Below, one piece after another: positions 13,301-26,109 of a stretch of 64,000 nucleotides of DNA. The position numbers and the translations under genes were made by a program. Location: NCBI RefSeq assembly GCF_964355755.1, contig NC_092671.1:38202304-38266303 (forward strand), written 5' to 3'. The notes beneath the pieces are model-generated. The model searched no databases. It was not told the origin of the DNA and was given only the letters and a program-made list of their open reading frames with translations. Each line of letters begins with the position of its first letter. Position 1 is the stretch's first letter. This stretch comes from Antedon mediterranea (Eukaryota; Animalia; Echinodermata).

Positions 13301-16300
13301 ATTAGACATTAGAAACCATTATACGATGAGTGCGGAGGGAAATTTATATTAAGTTACAAAATTAGTATAATGATAAAAATAAATGGTTGTCCCTTAAATA
13401 CTGCGATAAACAATAATTTGAACAATTTGTGAAGGTGTTAGCGGTATAGTAAAAATTTAACCAAAATGAATGTAATTTGTTTAGTTAGTGTGCAAAATTT
13501 TTGTTAACCAATAAATTTTAGATGTTTTTGTTTTATAAAATTACACTAACTTGTACCGGATAATTTGATAAGCTAATTGGACTATCAGGACGAGAGACAT
13601 TTTGACGGCCGGTTGTCAGAAATACGTCATCTTCAACCGATGAAATTGTGCGAAAATCGGAAAACTTGTGAATTCCCTCCGAACTATCAATCAGAATTTC
13701 AGGCATGTAAGGGGGGCGTTTGGCTACCTCACTGCCGTTCATTCGGCCGTTGCGTACGTAACCGGTGTCCATATCGCCACGGCTGCTAAACGTGTAGTTT
13801 TGAATTTCAGCTGTTGTTTTCTGTAGAGACTTATAAACTTCTTCCGAGTTCATATTGTTGTCTATTTCATCGTAGTGATTTGACGTAGACGAACTAAAAC
13901 GTGGTGACGACTCAACGGAGCGTGGTGACCTCTGCAATGTTGACCTTGGAGATGACCTTTTAGCTTCCTCTGCCATTTTCTATAAATGAATAAAACATAA
14001 TAAAAAAAAATCAATATTTAAATAAAAGAAATATTGGAGGTTGTTGGATTAAACTTACCGATTGACACATTCCAAAATATTTAAATAGTTTACAGGTGGT
14101 GGGGTTACATTATGTAAATTTTCTGATGACATTTTCAAGGCGTATTGGGTGCTATGAAGATGCCACATAGACAGTGCATTGGTTGCTCACACGTGTTGAA
14201 GCGAATGACAACAACAAAACATACATTTTACACAAAAAAATGTCAATTATAGTAATGCACCAAAATAAAAAAATAATCATTTTCTTGTAAAAACCAAGTT
14301 CAAAATTATTAATAAACCGTAAAATATATAATTTTCATTAATAAACGTAGAAATTATAAGAAAATGTCAAATCTAAGAAAACCAATTTTGATAAATAAGA
14401 ATTAAAACACAATTACAATTAAAAAATATACACTATAAAGATTGATGGTTTGTTTTAATAAGTAGTTATAAATCACGATTTATTTTAATTATTTTACTTT
14501 TTCGTACAATATTAGAAGATATTTGTAACATAAAAGGCCATTTTATCTACTATTTAAAAATTAATTTGGGAAGAGTGCATATAAAAGTCAGTTCAGCTGG
14601 TTGTTGCGTATTTCATTATAATATATTAGTAAACCAATGTAAAGCAGCGGCCCGTTATTAGGACTTTATATCATGACAACACAGATAAGTTTGCGCACAA
14701 TCGGACACTTAAATGGCCATACTAAGTTATTTGATATCTATACGTTTTGTAGATCTCTGTCACAATGTTTTTTTCTCTCTATATTAGTGACTGTGGGATA
14801 TAGATATAATATTCTGCTGCTGATAAGTGTTAGAAGTTTTCCACTAAACTAAATGTATTATTACTAGAGTATCGCACAAACAAACATGTTTATTGAAATA
14901 TAAAATAATCTATAAAGTTAAAGCATACTGAATACTGATTTGTTAGTAAAGCTCTGTCCACACTATCAAACTTTATGTGATGTGCCCATATGTGGATGTG
15001 ATGATGTCATATCAATACCATATTTGAGCATATCACTACCATATTTGGCAACACATTTTTTTTGTCAAACTAGTTTGATAATGTAGACAGAGCTTAATAC
15101 AGGCATCTTCTAAATGGAACCGCCTTCTTTGATTGCCTATGATTACATATGATGTTATATCAGAGTCATGTAATATAATATTGTTCATAATTTTAGATTG
15201 AAATTAAATTTTACATTTAATTTGGTATTTTTAGATTTTTGTCATAGACATTTACAAATTAAATAAATCACAAACAACGATTAGCATTTATATGTTTTGA
15301 GAAGAATTGATAAAATGGTAACTGTATAGTACATTCCATACCTAGTGGATAAAATATGATTTAACACAGTAGAAACACTCCTGAACTGTTCCAAAAAAGG
15401 TGACATTGTTTAAAGCACTTTTATGTCAATGAAACACTTTATCCTATTGGAATGTATGATGGGGTTTGTAGTGACAATGTAAACAGTTTTATATCAACAG
15501 AAAATTATATTATGTTATTTATACTGATCACCATATTGGTTATATATTAAAATATCCAGCATGCCCACATAGGTAATAAGTACATGCTTATTATTGTAGT
15601 GTAACTAAGTTTGTTATTGTTTCCATGGAATCTCTATGGTTACAATACATAACCATGGCAATATTTTATGGTTATTGTATTCAGGCAATCTCTATGGTTA
15701 CAATCTATAACCATGGCAATATTCTATGGTTACTGTTTCCGTGGAATCTCCATGGTTATAATGCATAACCATGGCAATATTAACAGGATAGTACATTTGT
15801 AGAAAAAAATATATGTAACCATTGTAAATTCTATGGTTACAATCAAATGTAACAATAAAATAAAACATATGATTAATTTGAACTGCAATTATTATATAAT
15901 CATTTAATATTATTCTAATTGGAATTATTACTAATTATATTAATGAAAACAGATGTATGATATCTAAACCATTAACAGTAAATAAGGAAATATGCTAATG
16001 AGGTCATATGCTAATGAGACAACACACTAGTGAGAGACATACACATGCGCGTAAGAAGCATGCAGCAAGAATCCACTTGCAGTAATCTGCAGTAATCTAG
16101 TCTAATGGAATGCAGTATAAAGCCACACAAAGAAAAGCATAGATAAAATAAGCCAACAAAAAGTAAAAATCACTAAAAAAAACAAAATGTAAATACATAT
16201 GCATGAAGCAGAAAGCAGAAAACTAAAGACTTGATTATAAATAAAAACATAAAGTGAAAAGCAAAGTGACAAAAAAAATGCACATAAGGGCTTTATTTCC

Positions 16301-19300
16301 CTCTTTTCTGATTGGCCGATGTATATTACCTCATTCCCGTGTGTTGCGGTACTACGCATGTAATTACGCAAAAGCTTCGTAACTCCTTCCTAGAACGGGA
16401 CAGAGACAAAGAATGACAAGCTTTGTCGGTTGCACAAGCAAAATACCGACTACAATTCCAATTTTAATAGTATACTACAAGCATCTAAATATAGCAGATA
16501 ATAGACTTTAAAATACTACGCGATTTATGAATAAATGCATTTTATATCAATGATATTTTTAAGTTTAATTTAAAAAGTTTGGTATGTCAACTGAATATTG
16601 AACAATATTAATTTTATTATATCAATAATATTATTTTTAAAAATGATACAAAAATTGGGTTGAGATTTTATTTTAAAGATTAAACATCTATTTCAGATAT
16701 TAATTTACTTAAGAATTTGAAGAAAATTTGTAAAAAATATCTGAATGTAGTGATAGTATGATCGCACTATTTGGCAACTATTAAGCAATAGAGCGTAAAC
16801 AAACGTCTGCACACGCTCACAAACCAATTGGCATTACGACAGCTTCTCTGAATACTTATATCAGCAATGCTAATCGGTTTGTAATGTAATGTTTGTTATG
16901 CTTTCACTCTTCATAGTTTTTGTGTCATGAAATAGAGCTTTATATGGTGCAATAGTACATTGCTATTGCACTTTAAGTAGTGCAATAGCACTTTATGTAC
17001 TGCAATAGCACTTTAAATAGTAGTGCAATAGCACTTTAAATAGTAGTGCAATAGCACTTTAAATGGTGCAATAGCACTTTAAAGTAGTGCAACAGCACTT
17101 TTAAGTAGTGCAATAGTATTTTTAAGTAATGCAATAGCACTTTTAAGTAGTGCAATAGCACTTTATGACACACTAATTCCAGTTGAATTTTCTTAATACT
17201 TAATAGCCAGTGAATTGGAAGAATTGTCTGCGTAATAGACCAATGTTTGTGAAAGGTCACTATAAATGAATGATAAAAGGTCCATTTAAAAACCATAATG
17301 AATGAAATGCAAAATAATCAAACTTAGCAGAGTGAATTCACTAGAACAAGGTTGATCACAAAAAATTAAATTAAAGAACAAAATATTAAATAAAAGTGGG
17401 ACTATAAAAGCAAAGAGTAAACAAAATCAACAAAGGGTATTAAGAGTGGATAAAATAATATAATTGCATGGCTAAATAACAGGCAAACTATGGTCACATC
17501 TTCACTCCTAATTTACAGTGCCTAAACTCAAAATTAAAATTTACTAAACATTTATACTGTAACAATTATATAATGATGATAATTTACAATCAATTCGTAT
17601 TTATAACACAAAATTATTTACTTTATAAAATCAACTAAAATTTTAAGTGACCGTATAATTTATTAAAACATTTCCTAATACTAATATTCAAAGGATATTA
17701 TATGTGATTATTTCTATCATTATTTAATTTTAATTTTCCTGAACAAGATTTGTGAATGGAATGAAATTAGAAATGATGTTAATTTCCCATGTTTTAAAAT
17801 GAGATTATACATTTTGTGCAAAGATATTTTATGAATAAAATACTAGTTTTAAGCAAAAACTTAAGTGTTTATATTTCCCAGCTAATCTATAATATGACCT
17901 AATTAGTTATGCATGACAAATTATACTTTGCAACCAATCAGATTTCAGATTAAATATACACAATTTCATCTTAATTAAATCAATTAATCTTGTTTTAATA
18001 GTAGATATCTTTTAAAGAAATGTTCATACTGGATAAATATTTTATCATTATCAATGATAAAAGGTTAGTTTATAGTTTTTAAGTTAAATTTTTAGTGAAT
18101 GTACTCTTGCAACTTCTTCATTGTAAATGTATTATAATATTGCTTGCTAGATAGGAACAAAGACTTTCTTAAGAGTAAATGCTCAAGAGAGATATGGAAT
18201 AAAGTTGCACAAGTAAGAGAGCATTCAGTACATAAGATAAGTACAACTTACCTGGAATGTTTTGGGCAGTACTGATAACATAGAACTGAACTCGGGCGTG
18301 TTTAATTCAAACAATGCAATAAGAACTGCTTGAGAAGCCTACAAAAGAGAAGCATGAATTAGACACACAAAATATATATTTATTACGGCCATACTGCGTT
18401 GAAACACCGGTTCTCGTCAGATCACCGAAGTTAAGCAACGTTGGGCCCGGTTGCGTTCTGGATGGGAGACCGTCTAGAAATCGTGGCGGGTGCTGTATAT
18501 ACTGGAGAGTGATGGTGTAATGGTAATATCGGACTAGCATGTGATAGGCATGGGTTCGAGGTTATCTGTACCATACTAATTGCATCCTTAGGCAAGATGC
18601 TTTACTCTCATTGCCTAATCTGGTAGGCGCTGCACTGCTGGCTGCCGTGGGTCCGTGGAGGGCCTAATCCGAATTTCCTCACTGAGGACAAATAATAATA
18701 CAAAAATACAACCAAAAAAAAAAAATACAAAATATATATATATATATAATGCGAAATTTATATAGCGCTATTTCGTGAAGATCAAAGCGCTGTGGACTTA
18801 CACCTTTTCACGCCATGCCAGCCAACAACAGCGCCATTAGGTCTGTCCATGACAGTGGCTCAGTGTGTATACTAGTACACCGGGGTAATCCCTTACTCAT
18901 CTCGAAAGATGTACTAGGTTCTTTAAAGTGCAGACAAGCAATATGCATACACTGGACCTACGGTTTATAGTTCTTATCCGACAAGACTTGTTCTACAACC
19001 AGAACCATGGAGCGAGTGAGCCTTGAAGCTTTGCCGATGTTATGGCTATGGATTATGGTTTCACTGTCTTAACCGCTCGGCCACTCACTCCGTATAATAT
19101 AAATATAACTCTGGTTAAGGACGAGAGTATTGATTGAGAACAGTAGTACAAACCTTTCTAACATCAGCACTCTTAGCCTCACTGGTCCAGCTTATGATGC
19201 GTGACACGGCAAGTCTAGTCTCACTGGAGTTAGCAAATTCAGACGGATCCATCAATCTGGTTAAGTTCTCCAAATAATTCAACATTGATACTTTTACCTG

Positions 19301-22300
19301 GTGAGTGTCAAAGGTCAAAGTTTAAAGTTCAACATTTAAATAGAAATGGTTCAACATTCAGTCTTTACTGCTTGGAAACAACAAACAAAACATTCTGTAA
19401 ATTAATTTACCTTAGCATTTGGTGTCTGAGTTTGATCTACAATGAATTTGGTTAAAATTCTAAATTGTTCATCGTATGGAAATGATTCCCTAAAAAGAAC
19501 AAGATAATATAAAATAATGTTGTTGTAAGCTCTGTCCACACTCTGTCAATGATCATGATAACAATATTTTATGGAAAAATATCTTTTAACATCAGCAATA
19601 CCTATATTAAACAACAGATTTATCTTTCCATCATGAAATGGTTGGTTAGCAATTCTAATTAATCAATCAATAATTATTCAATCAATAAGTAATTAATCAA
19701 TCAATCAATCGTCAATCAATAATTACTTGATCAATAATAAATGAATCAATAACCTATCAATAATCAATAATTAATAATCAATAATTACTCGATCATTAAC
19801 AATCAATAATTAAACATTCCATAATTAATCAATAATTAATCAATCACACAAACAAATCATTCACATTCTCAATAATCAATAACTATTTTCCAGGCTCTTA
19901 TCAACTCACGTTACAATTGTAAGAAGTTTTTCAACCCTCTGCATAATAGAGCCCAGTAAATCTGAGCCTGTCTTCTGTAGTAGGCGTGTCATCAGTATAA
20001 ACAACCAGTCAGAAAGGTCCTGTTTGTAAGATACCACAAAGTCCATCAATGTGTCTAAAAATAAACTGAAGACCTGCAAAAAAAAAAAACCATCATAATA
20101 GTGTGTACATAAAGCTCTGTCTACACTATCAAACTTTATGTGATAAAAAAAATGTGATGTGTCCATATATTTATTTCTTTATTTATTTATTAACAATATC
20201 TAACCAGGGTGGCCCAATCAGTCAAAAAGACTGGTCTCCCTTGGGGCCCTGGGTACAATAGTACATGGACACGATGATTTCATATCACTACCATATTTGG
20301 GCATATCACTACCATATTTGGGCATATCACTACCATATTTGGGCATATCACTACCATATTTGGGCACAGATGGATGTAATTCTCTTACTTTACTATGTGG
20401 ATCCACAAACATTCTAGTAAATAATTCTGTTGTTCTCTTTAGTTCTTGTCTCCTGCAAAAATAAATTTAAATAAGTTTTCAGAGAGTACGGTAATATTGG
20501 GAGAGTTCCGGTCTTCAGAGAGTGCAGTATTGGGAGAGTTTCCAGTTTTCAGAGAGTCTGATATTGGGAGATTTTCCGGTTTTCAGAGAGTCCAGTATTG
20601 GGAGAGTTTCCGGTTTTCAGGGAGTCTGGTATTGGGAGAGTCAACTGTACATGCAATTAGTTTTCAGACTCCCAACTTACGTGAGTATTCTGTGAGTTTG
20701 TAACAACATCTGCAGACCATGTAAACCCTCTTTTCTCTCGGACCATGCCGGACTTGCCATTTTGGCCAGGATTTCTTGTGGGTCCTCGATGGCACGGCCA
20801 GAGTTAGAGCCATATGAACACACACTAGAGACATCGCTGTCTTCTCCATCGGAACAGTTACTATCCCATCGTTTCCGCGATATCTGCAAGAAAAAAAATA
20901 TTACTTTGTAGTGCAGAAAAATAACGTCTTATTGCATTAATAGAAAATCTAAATTTAATGTAAACTACAGACAGATGATTGTAAGATGCAGTCAATTTGT
21001 GTTTCCTGTACAAATTTAAGTGATATACTGGTATAAGCATTTCGGTATTCCATTCTATATTGCAGGATTCTACTCATCCCATGCATAATGTATTTGAAGC
21101 GTTACACAGCGGTAGATGTTACCGGTCCATCATCTCTTATACAAATAGGTTTCGTAACAGCTTTCATCCAGCTGCCATTCGGGCACTGAATGCTCGTCAG
21201 TATACCATACAAGAGTGATGTGACACTTTGTAATTGTTTTTGATTTGATTGAGAGATTAACTGGCTGTCACAATGGAGATAGGAAGTTATGGAGCAATCT
21301 AGAAGTCATATAAGTGTGGTATGTCATGGACTAAGTAAGTAAGGTAAAAGCGTCACTTACAAGTGCGTTGTGTAAGGCTTGTTCCGCCTCCTGACCCGTG
21401 CCCAGTACTCGTTGGGCTAAGATGTTTTTCTGTGTCAGCTCACGGCCTGGGTGCTGGTTAGTGCCTCCACTTAATCGTCTTTCACGATTTGATGAACTTG
21501 AACCTAAAGAATTCAACAATTCAATAGCAGATAGAATATAATTGGTATTCTGGTATGATGTAAATTGTTATCTTTACAGTGATGTTAGTGCACCTGTTAA
21601 TCTAGTGTACCGGTACCAGTTAATCTAGTGTACCGGTACCAGTTAATCTAGTGTATAGGTACCAGTTAATCTAGTGTACCGGTACCAGTTAATCTAGTGT
21701 ACCAGTACCAGTTAATCTAGTGTACCGGTACCAGTTAATCTAGTGTACCGGTACCAGTTAATCTAGTGTACCGGTACCAGTTAATCTAGTGTACCAGTAC
21801 CAGTTAATCTAGTGTACCGGTACCAGTTAATCTAGTGTACCAGTACCAGTTAATCTAGTGTACCGGTACCAGTTAATCTTGTGTACCGGTACCAGTTAAT
21901 CTAGTGTACCGGTACCAGTTAATCTAGTGTACCAGTACCAGTTAATCTAGTGTACCGGTACCACACATCATTTGTGGTATACTAGTACAGTAGTATACTG
22001 GTACAATATTAGGTGGCATACCGGTACAATTTACACTGGTACGGTATTAGTTGGTACATTGGTGTACATTACTATGGTATTCACTAATGATAGTACCAAA
22101 CAGACCAGGTTTATGTGTATGACAAAGTACAAACTAAAATCCTACAATAATGTCATATTTACACTAAAAACAAATTTGTGTCAAAAAAAACAAAGCATAT
22201 TAGAATTACAATATAAAATATTGAATTAAGGGTTAATTGAACGAATGAATTTGGTGTGGTATTCACCTAATGTGCAATATATTTATTAAGAGAAAAAGAT

Positions 22301-25300
22301 GATTTACAAACATGAATTTAAATCTAATTATCTTAGAATAATAAAAGAAATCTGGTTAAGTAAAATATTGTTATTGATAAAACTCTTTGAAAATTTAATT
22401 TTGTTGCATGGTGGAATGTTGAAGCATCAGTTTTATGATTTTATCAAAGGGCAAAAAAAAACAAACATCAAAATGGTATAATTGTTCTCAATAGAGGTGT
22501 ACCCTGCACGAATACCTATAATTTGCTCAATTGGGAACCAAGCTTGGCAAAGCATTTACATACTATTCTGAATATTATGTCCTCTATTTTTACTGCAAAC
22601 TTACTGTAACCATAGCGACTAGGACTGTTCTCTCGACTGGCACCTTGACTCCGTGGGACAGGGATGCCACTCCGCCTCCGTGTCCGTCCCTGCGTGTTAT
22701 TGCCGTTGACGTGACGACCCATGGTTGCAAACATCTTGCTAGATGGTGAAGCGGACCGACTACCCGACCTGCTACCAGCTGTATAAGTGCAAAATAAATG
22801 GCGCTTGTTTTTTGAGATCATGCAATGTTTTCATGCCAACTGTAGGGACTAAAGTGTGTTCAGGCAAGCAGCGTTGCAGTTGAGACCAAAAGCAGACCAG
22901 GTTTTATAACAGGTTTAATTTTATTACCAGGTTTTGGAACCATAACCAGAATAAGTTTTATTATCAGGTTTTGTAATCAGGTTTAATTTTATTACCAGGT
23001 TTTGGAAACATAACTGGAATAAGCTTTATTACCAGGTTAAGTTGCATTACCAGATTTCATAACCAGTGTTTTTTAACCAGGTTTTGTAACAGGTTTATTT
23101 TTATTACCAGGTTAAGTTTAATTACCAGGTTTGTAACAAGGTTAACTTGCATTACCAGATTTCATAACCAGTGTTTTTTAACCAGGTTTTATAACAGATT
23201 TAATTTTATTACCAGATTTTGTTGCAGGTTAAGTTGTATTACCAGGTTTTGGAACCAGGTTAAGTTGTATTACCAGATTTCATAACCAGTGTTTTTTTAA
23301 CCAGGTTTTATTTTAACAAACACAAATTAAGTAAATATCTTGTCTTGTGATTCTAATAATTTATAATTTGTTTTTCTCTTGTTAAATTGCATCAAACAAT
23401 GTACACTATTAATTATAATCAACAATACTAAAGTTTAATAATCAATTAATTTCTGGCTTTTTTTCTTCGTTTTGTCTATTTTTTTAAAACCTTGAATCAT
23501 GTTGTGGTAATGTAGAATAATTTTAATGTTAGCTGATCATTACCTTCTTTTTGCTAATTTGTTTAATAGGACAAACTTTACCTAAATCGGTCTACTTTGG
23601 TCTAAATTGAACTCAAATATGAATTTATTGAAAAATGGGAAAATAATATCATGACAATAAATTAAAACTGAATTCAATGAAAAACAATATTTCGAATAAA
23701 AATTATTTTTATGTTTATAAATGTATCTATTTATTTTATACTACAATGATATGCCTAAATAAGGTCATTTGTAAGTAATTTTTTTTATCTAAAATGTGCT
23801 TGTTACACAACATGTGCTATGGGTGGAATAAATTCTTGAAACAACTGTTAAATGAACACATTATACAAATACTTCAAGAAATTAAAAGACAGTATGGATT
23901 AAAAATAATGAAAATCACATTAAATATTTGACAAAAGGAGTGAATATCAAAATGATAAATAAAAGTGTTGAATGAAAATTGTTTATTAGAACAAATAAAT
24001 TTGCCTTTGTGTTTAATTAAATCATATTAAATATGATCAACATTTATGAATAAAATAAAGAGGTTGAAAAGTAAAAAATAGGAGAAACTGGTATATGGAA
24101 TAAAGTGGACAAGCAGAAGAAAAAAGAAGAGCAAAGAATTTTGTATAAGAAATACTGAACATTTTGAGATAAAATACAAGGAATTATTTTAAAGAGATTC
24201 AGTAATTATAGAATCAATGGTTAATGAAATGAAATAATAGATATGTACTTACGTTGTGATTGGGAAACCCCGACACGGGAGCGAGTCCTAGTGGCTCTTC
24301 CATTTGATAATGGCACCCTCCCGTTACTGTTTAAACCGGAATTGACACGACTTGGAGTGCTCGCTGAATAACGAAAAACCATCATGTTAGAAATTAAACA
24401 TTAAAAAATTATAAAAATACAGAAAGAAAATGTGTTGGTTGAGATACGGTTAAAGATCATGCAATTTATATTATGTTGGATGCGTAGAGTATCAGAACGC
24501 TCTAAGATATGCTATGCTCATTGAAGCATGACACATGTCAACTGTAACAAGAGATCGGAGAGTCTCTATTGGAGAAATAAGATAGCATTGAATATTGTTA
24601 CGCATTAGTGAACAGCGATCGAGAGGGGCAGCAGAAATTGTCACTTTCATGGCCATGTGTAAATTCCATTCCGTTGAGCTTGTGCATTCAACCATAACAA
24701 ATCAATTGTACACATGCCAAGTTTAACACGCAAACAAACTAATTGCGCTTATGGCACGACATTCTGACACGCATGGGTGAATATGGTTCCGGGGCCTCTC
24801 CATCAGGTGCAAAAACTAGTCTGTTCGTCTGAAACAACTTGCGACATTCATTGTTAAAAACAAATATATACTAGTCTACTATATACTGCTTACTTAAACA
24901 GGTAGTAGACTAAACAAAAACAAAACAAGGTGTATACTATATATGTATATACATTATGTGTACTAAAAAAATTCCCAACTATATATATTGTTATATAATA
25001 TCCAGCCAATATAGAATAACTTCCCTTACTATAGGATAAATATTTAAAAAGTTTGTAAAAACATGTTAAGACTGTAACATTAAAAATATTAAAACTATAT
25101 CAGCTCTGAAAATTAAGACCATGTAGAGATACAACATCTAGACTCAATAGAATAAAAAGCAAGGAAAAGATACAACTGAAAGGTAATAACTAACATATAA
25201 AAGTACCGTAGCCAACTTCAAAGGATATACCATAGAGATAGAGGTAGAGAAATGATTCAGGTGTAAACATCAAAGGCTACCCGCTATTACCAGGTAAACA

Positions 25301-26025
25301 CAGTTGTTACACATTTACTATGGTACTGACTTTCAACCGCAGTCAATAATAAACAAATTTAAGCGCATATTTTAAATTATTTTGACAAGGATTGAAAAGC
25401 TAACGTGAATTGATCGTCATATTAACTAATTCAGCAAGGTAAATATACTAGCTATAGTGCTCAAAAGTAACATCTAGGTTTTTACAACAGAAAACAAGAA
25501 AATTAAAAGTTGAAGAAATATTTAAATTACGAAAACTAAGCCAAGAACTTAAGTTTACTGGAAACTTACATTTGTTGATTCTTGGTAAAACTAAAATAGG
25601 TTTAAAAATATTAAAAATTATGAAAAACTAAAATAACTGAAGGAAAATTGTTTTGGTGCAAAATGCTATGGTTTTGTGCCATTAATTTATAAAAATTAAA
25701 AATATAAAAAACAAAACTAATCGATACAATTATATGTTTATAATAAAAAATATTTTATATTTAAATTAGAAGTATTCAGCGGCAGATCTAGGATTTTGAA
25801 ATAGGGGGAGGGGGCATAAAAATGGTGAAATGTAGGACTGAGCTTAATTTGATGTCCTATCTTTTGCATTACAATTTGTGAAATTTAGAGGGGACCTGGT
25901 CACCCTTGGTATTGGTTGATGATTTAAATGAGTGTGATAAATGATAAAGGCGGTGATGATGATGGTCGCCCTTGGTATTGGTGATGGTTGATGATTTAAA
26001 TGAGCGTGATAAATGATAAAGACGG

Positions 26026-26061
<36 letters not shown>

Positions 26062-26064
26062 CGG

Positions 26065-26109
<45 letters not shown>

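Noticed and set aside
15330-15365. cactag|gtatgg zero-length (recursive) splice site or 9-nt micro-exon
   Set aside because: The intron is only 2.3 kb and the signals are weak; no supporting evidence.
18381-18500. Functional 5S rRNA gene
   Set aside because: Terminal stem and internal control region are mutated, there is no oligo-T terminator, and it is a single copy fused to SINE sequence.
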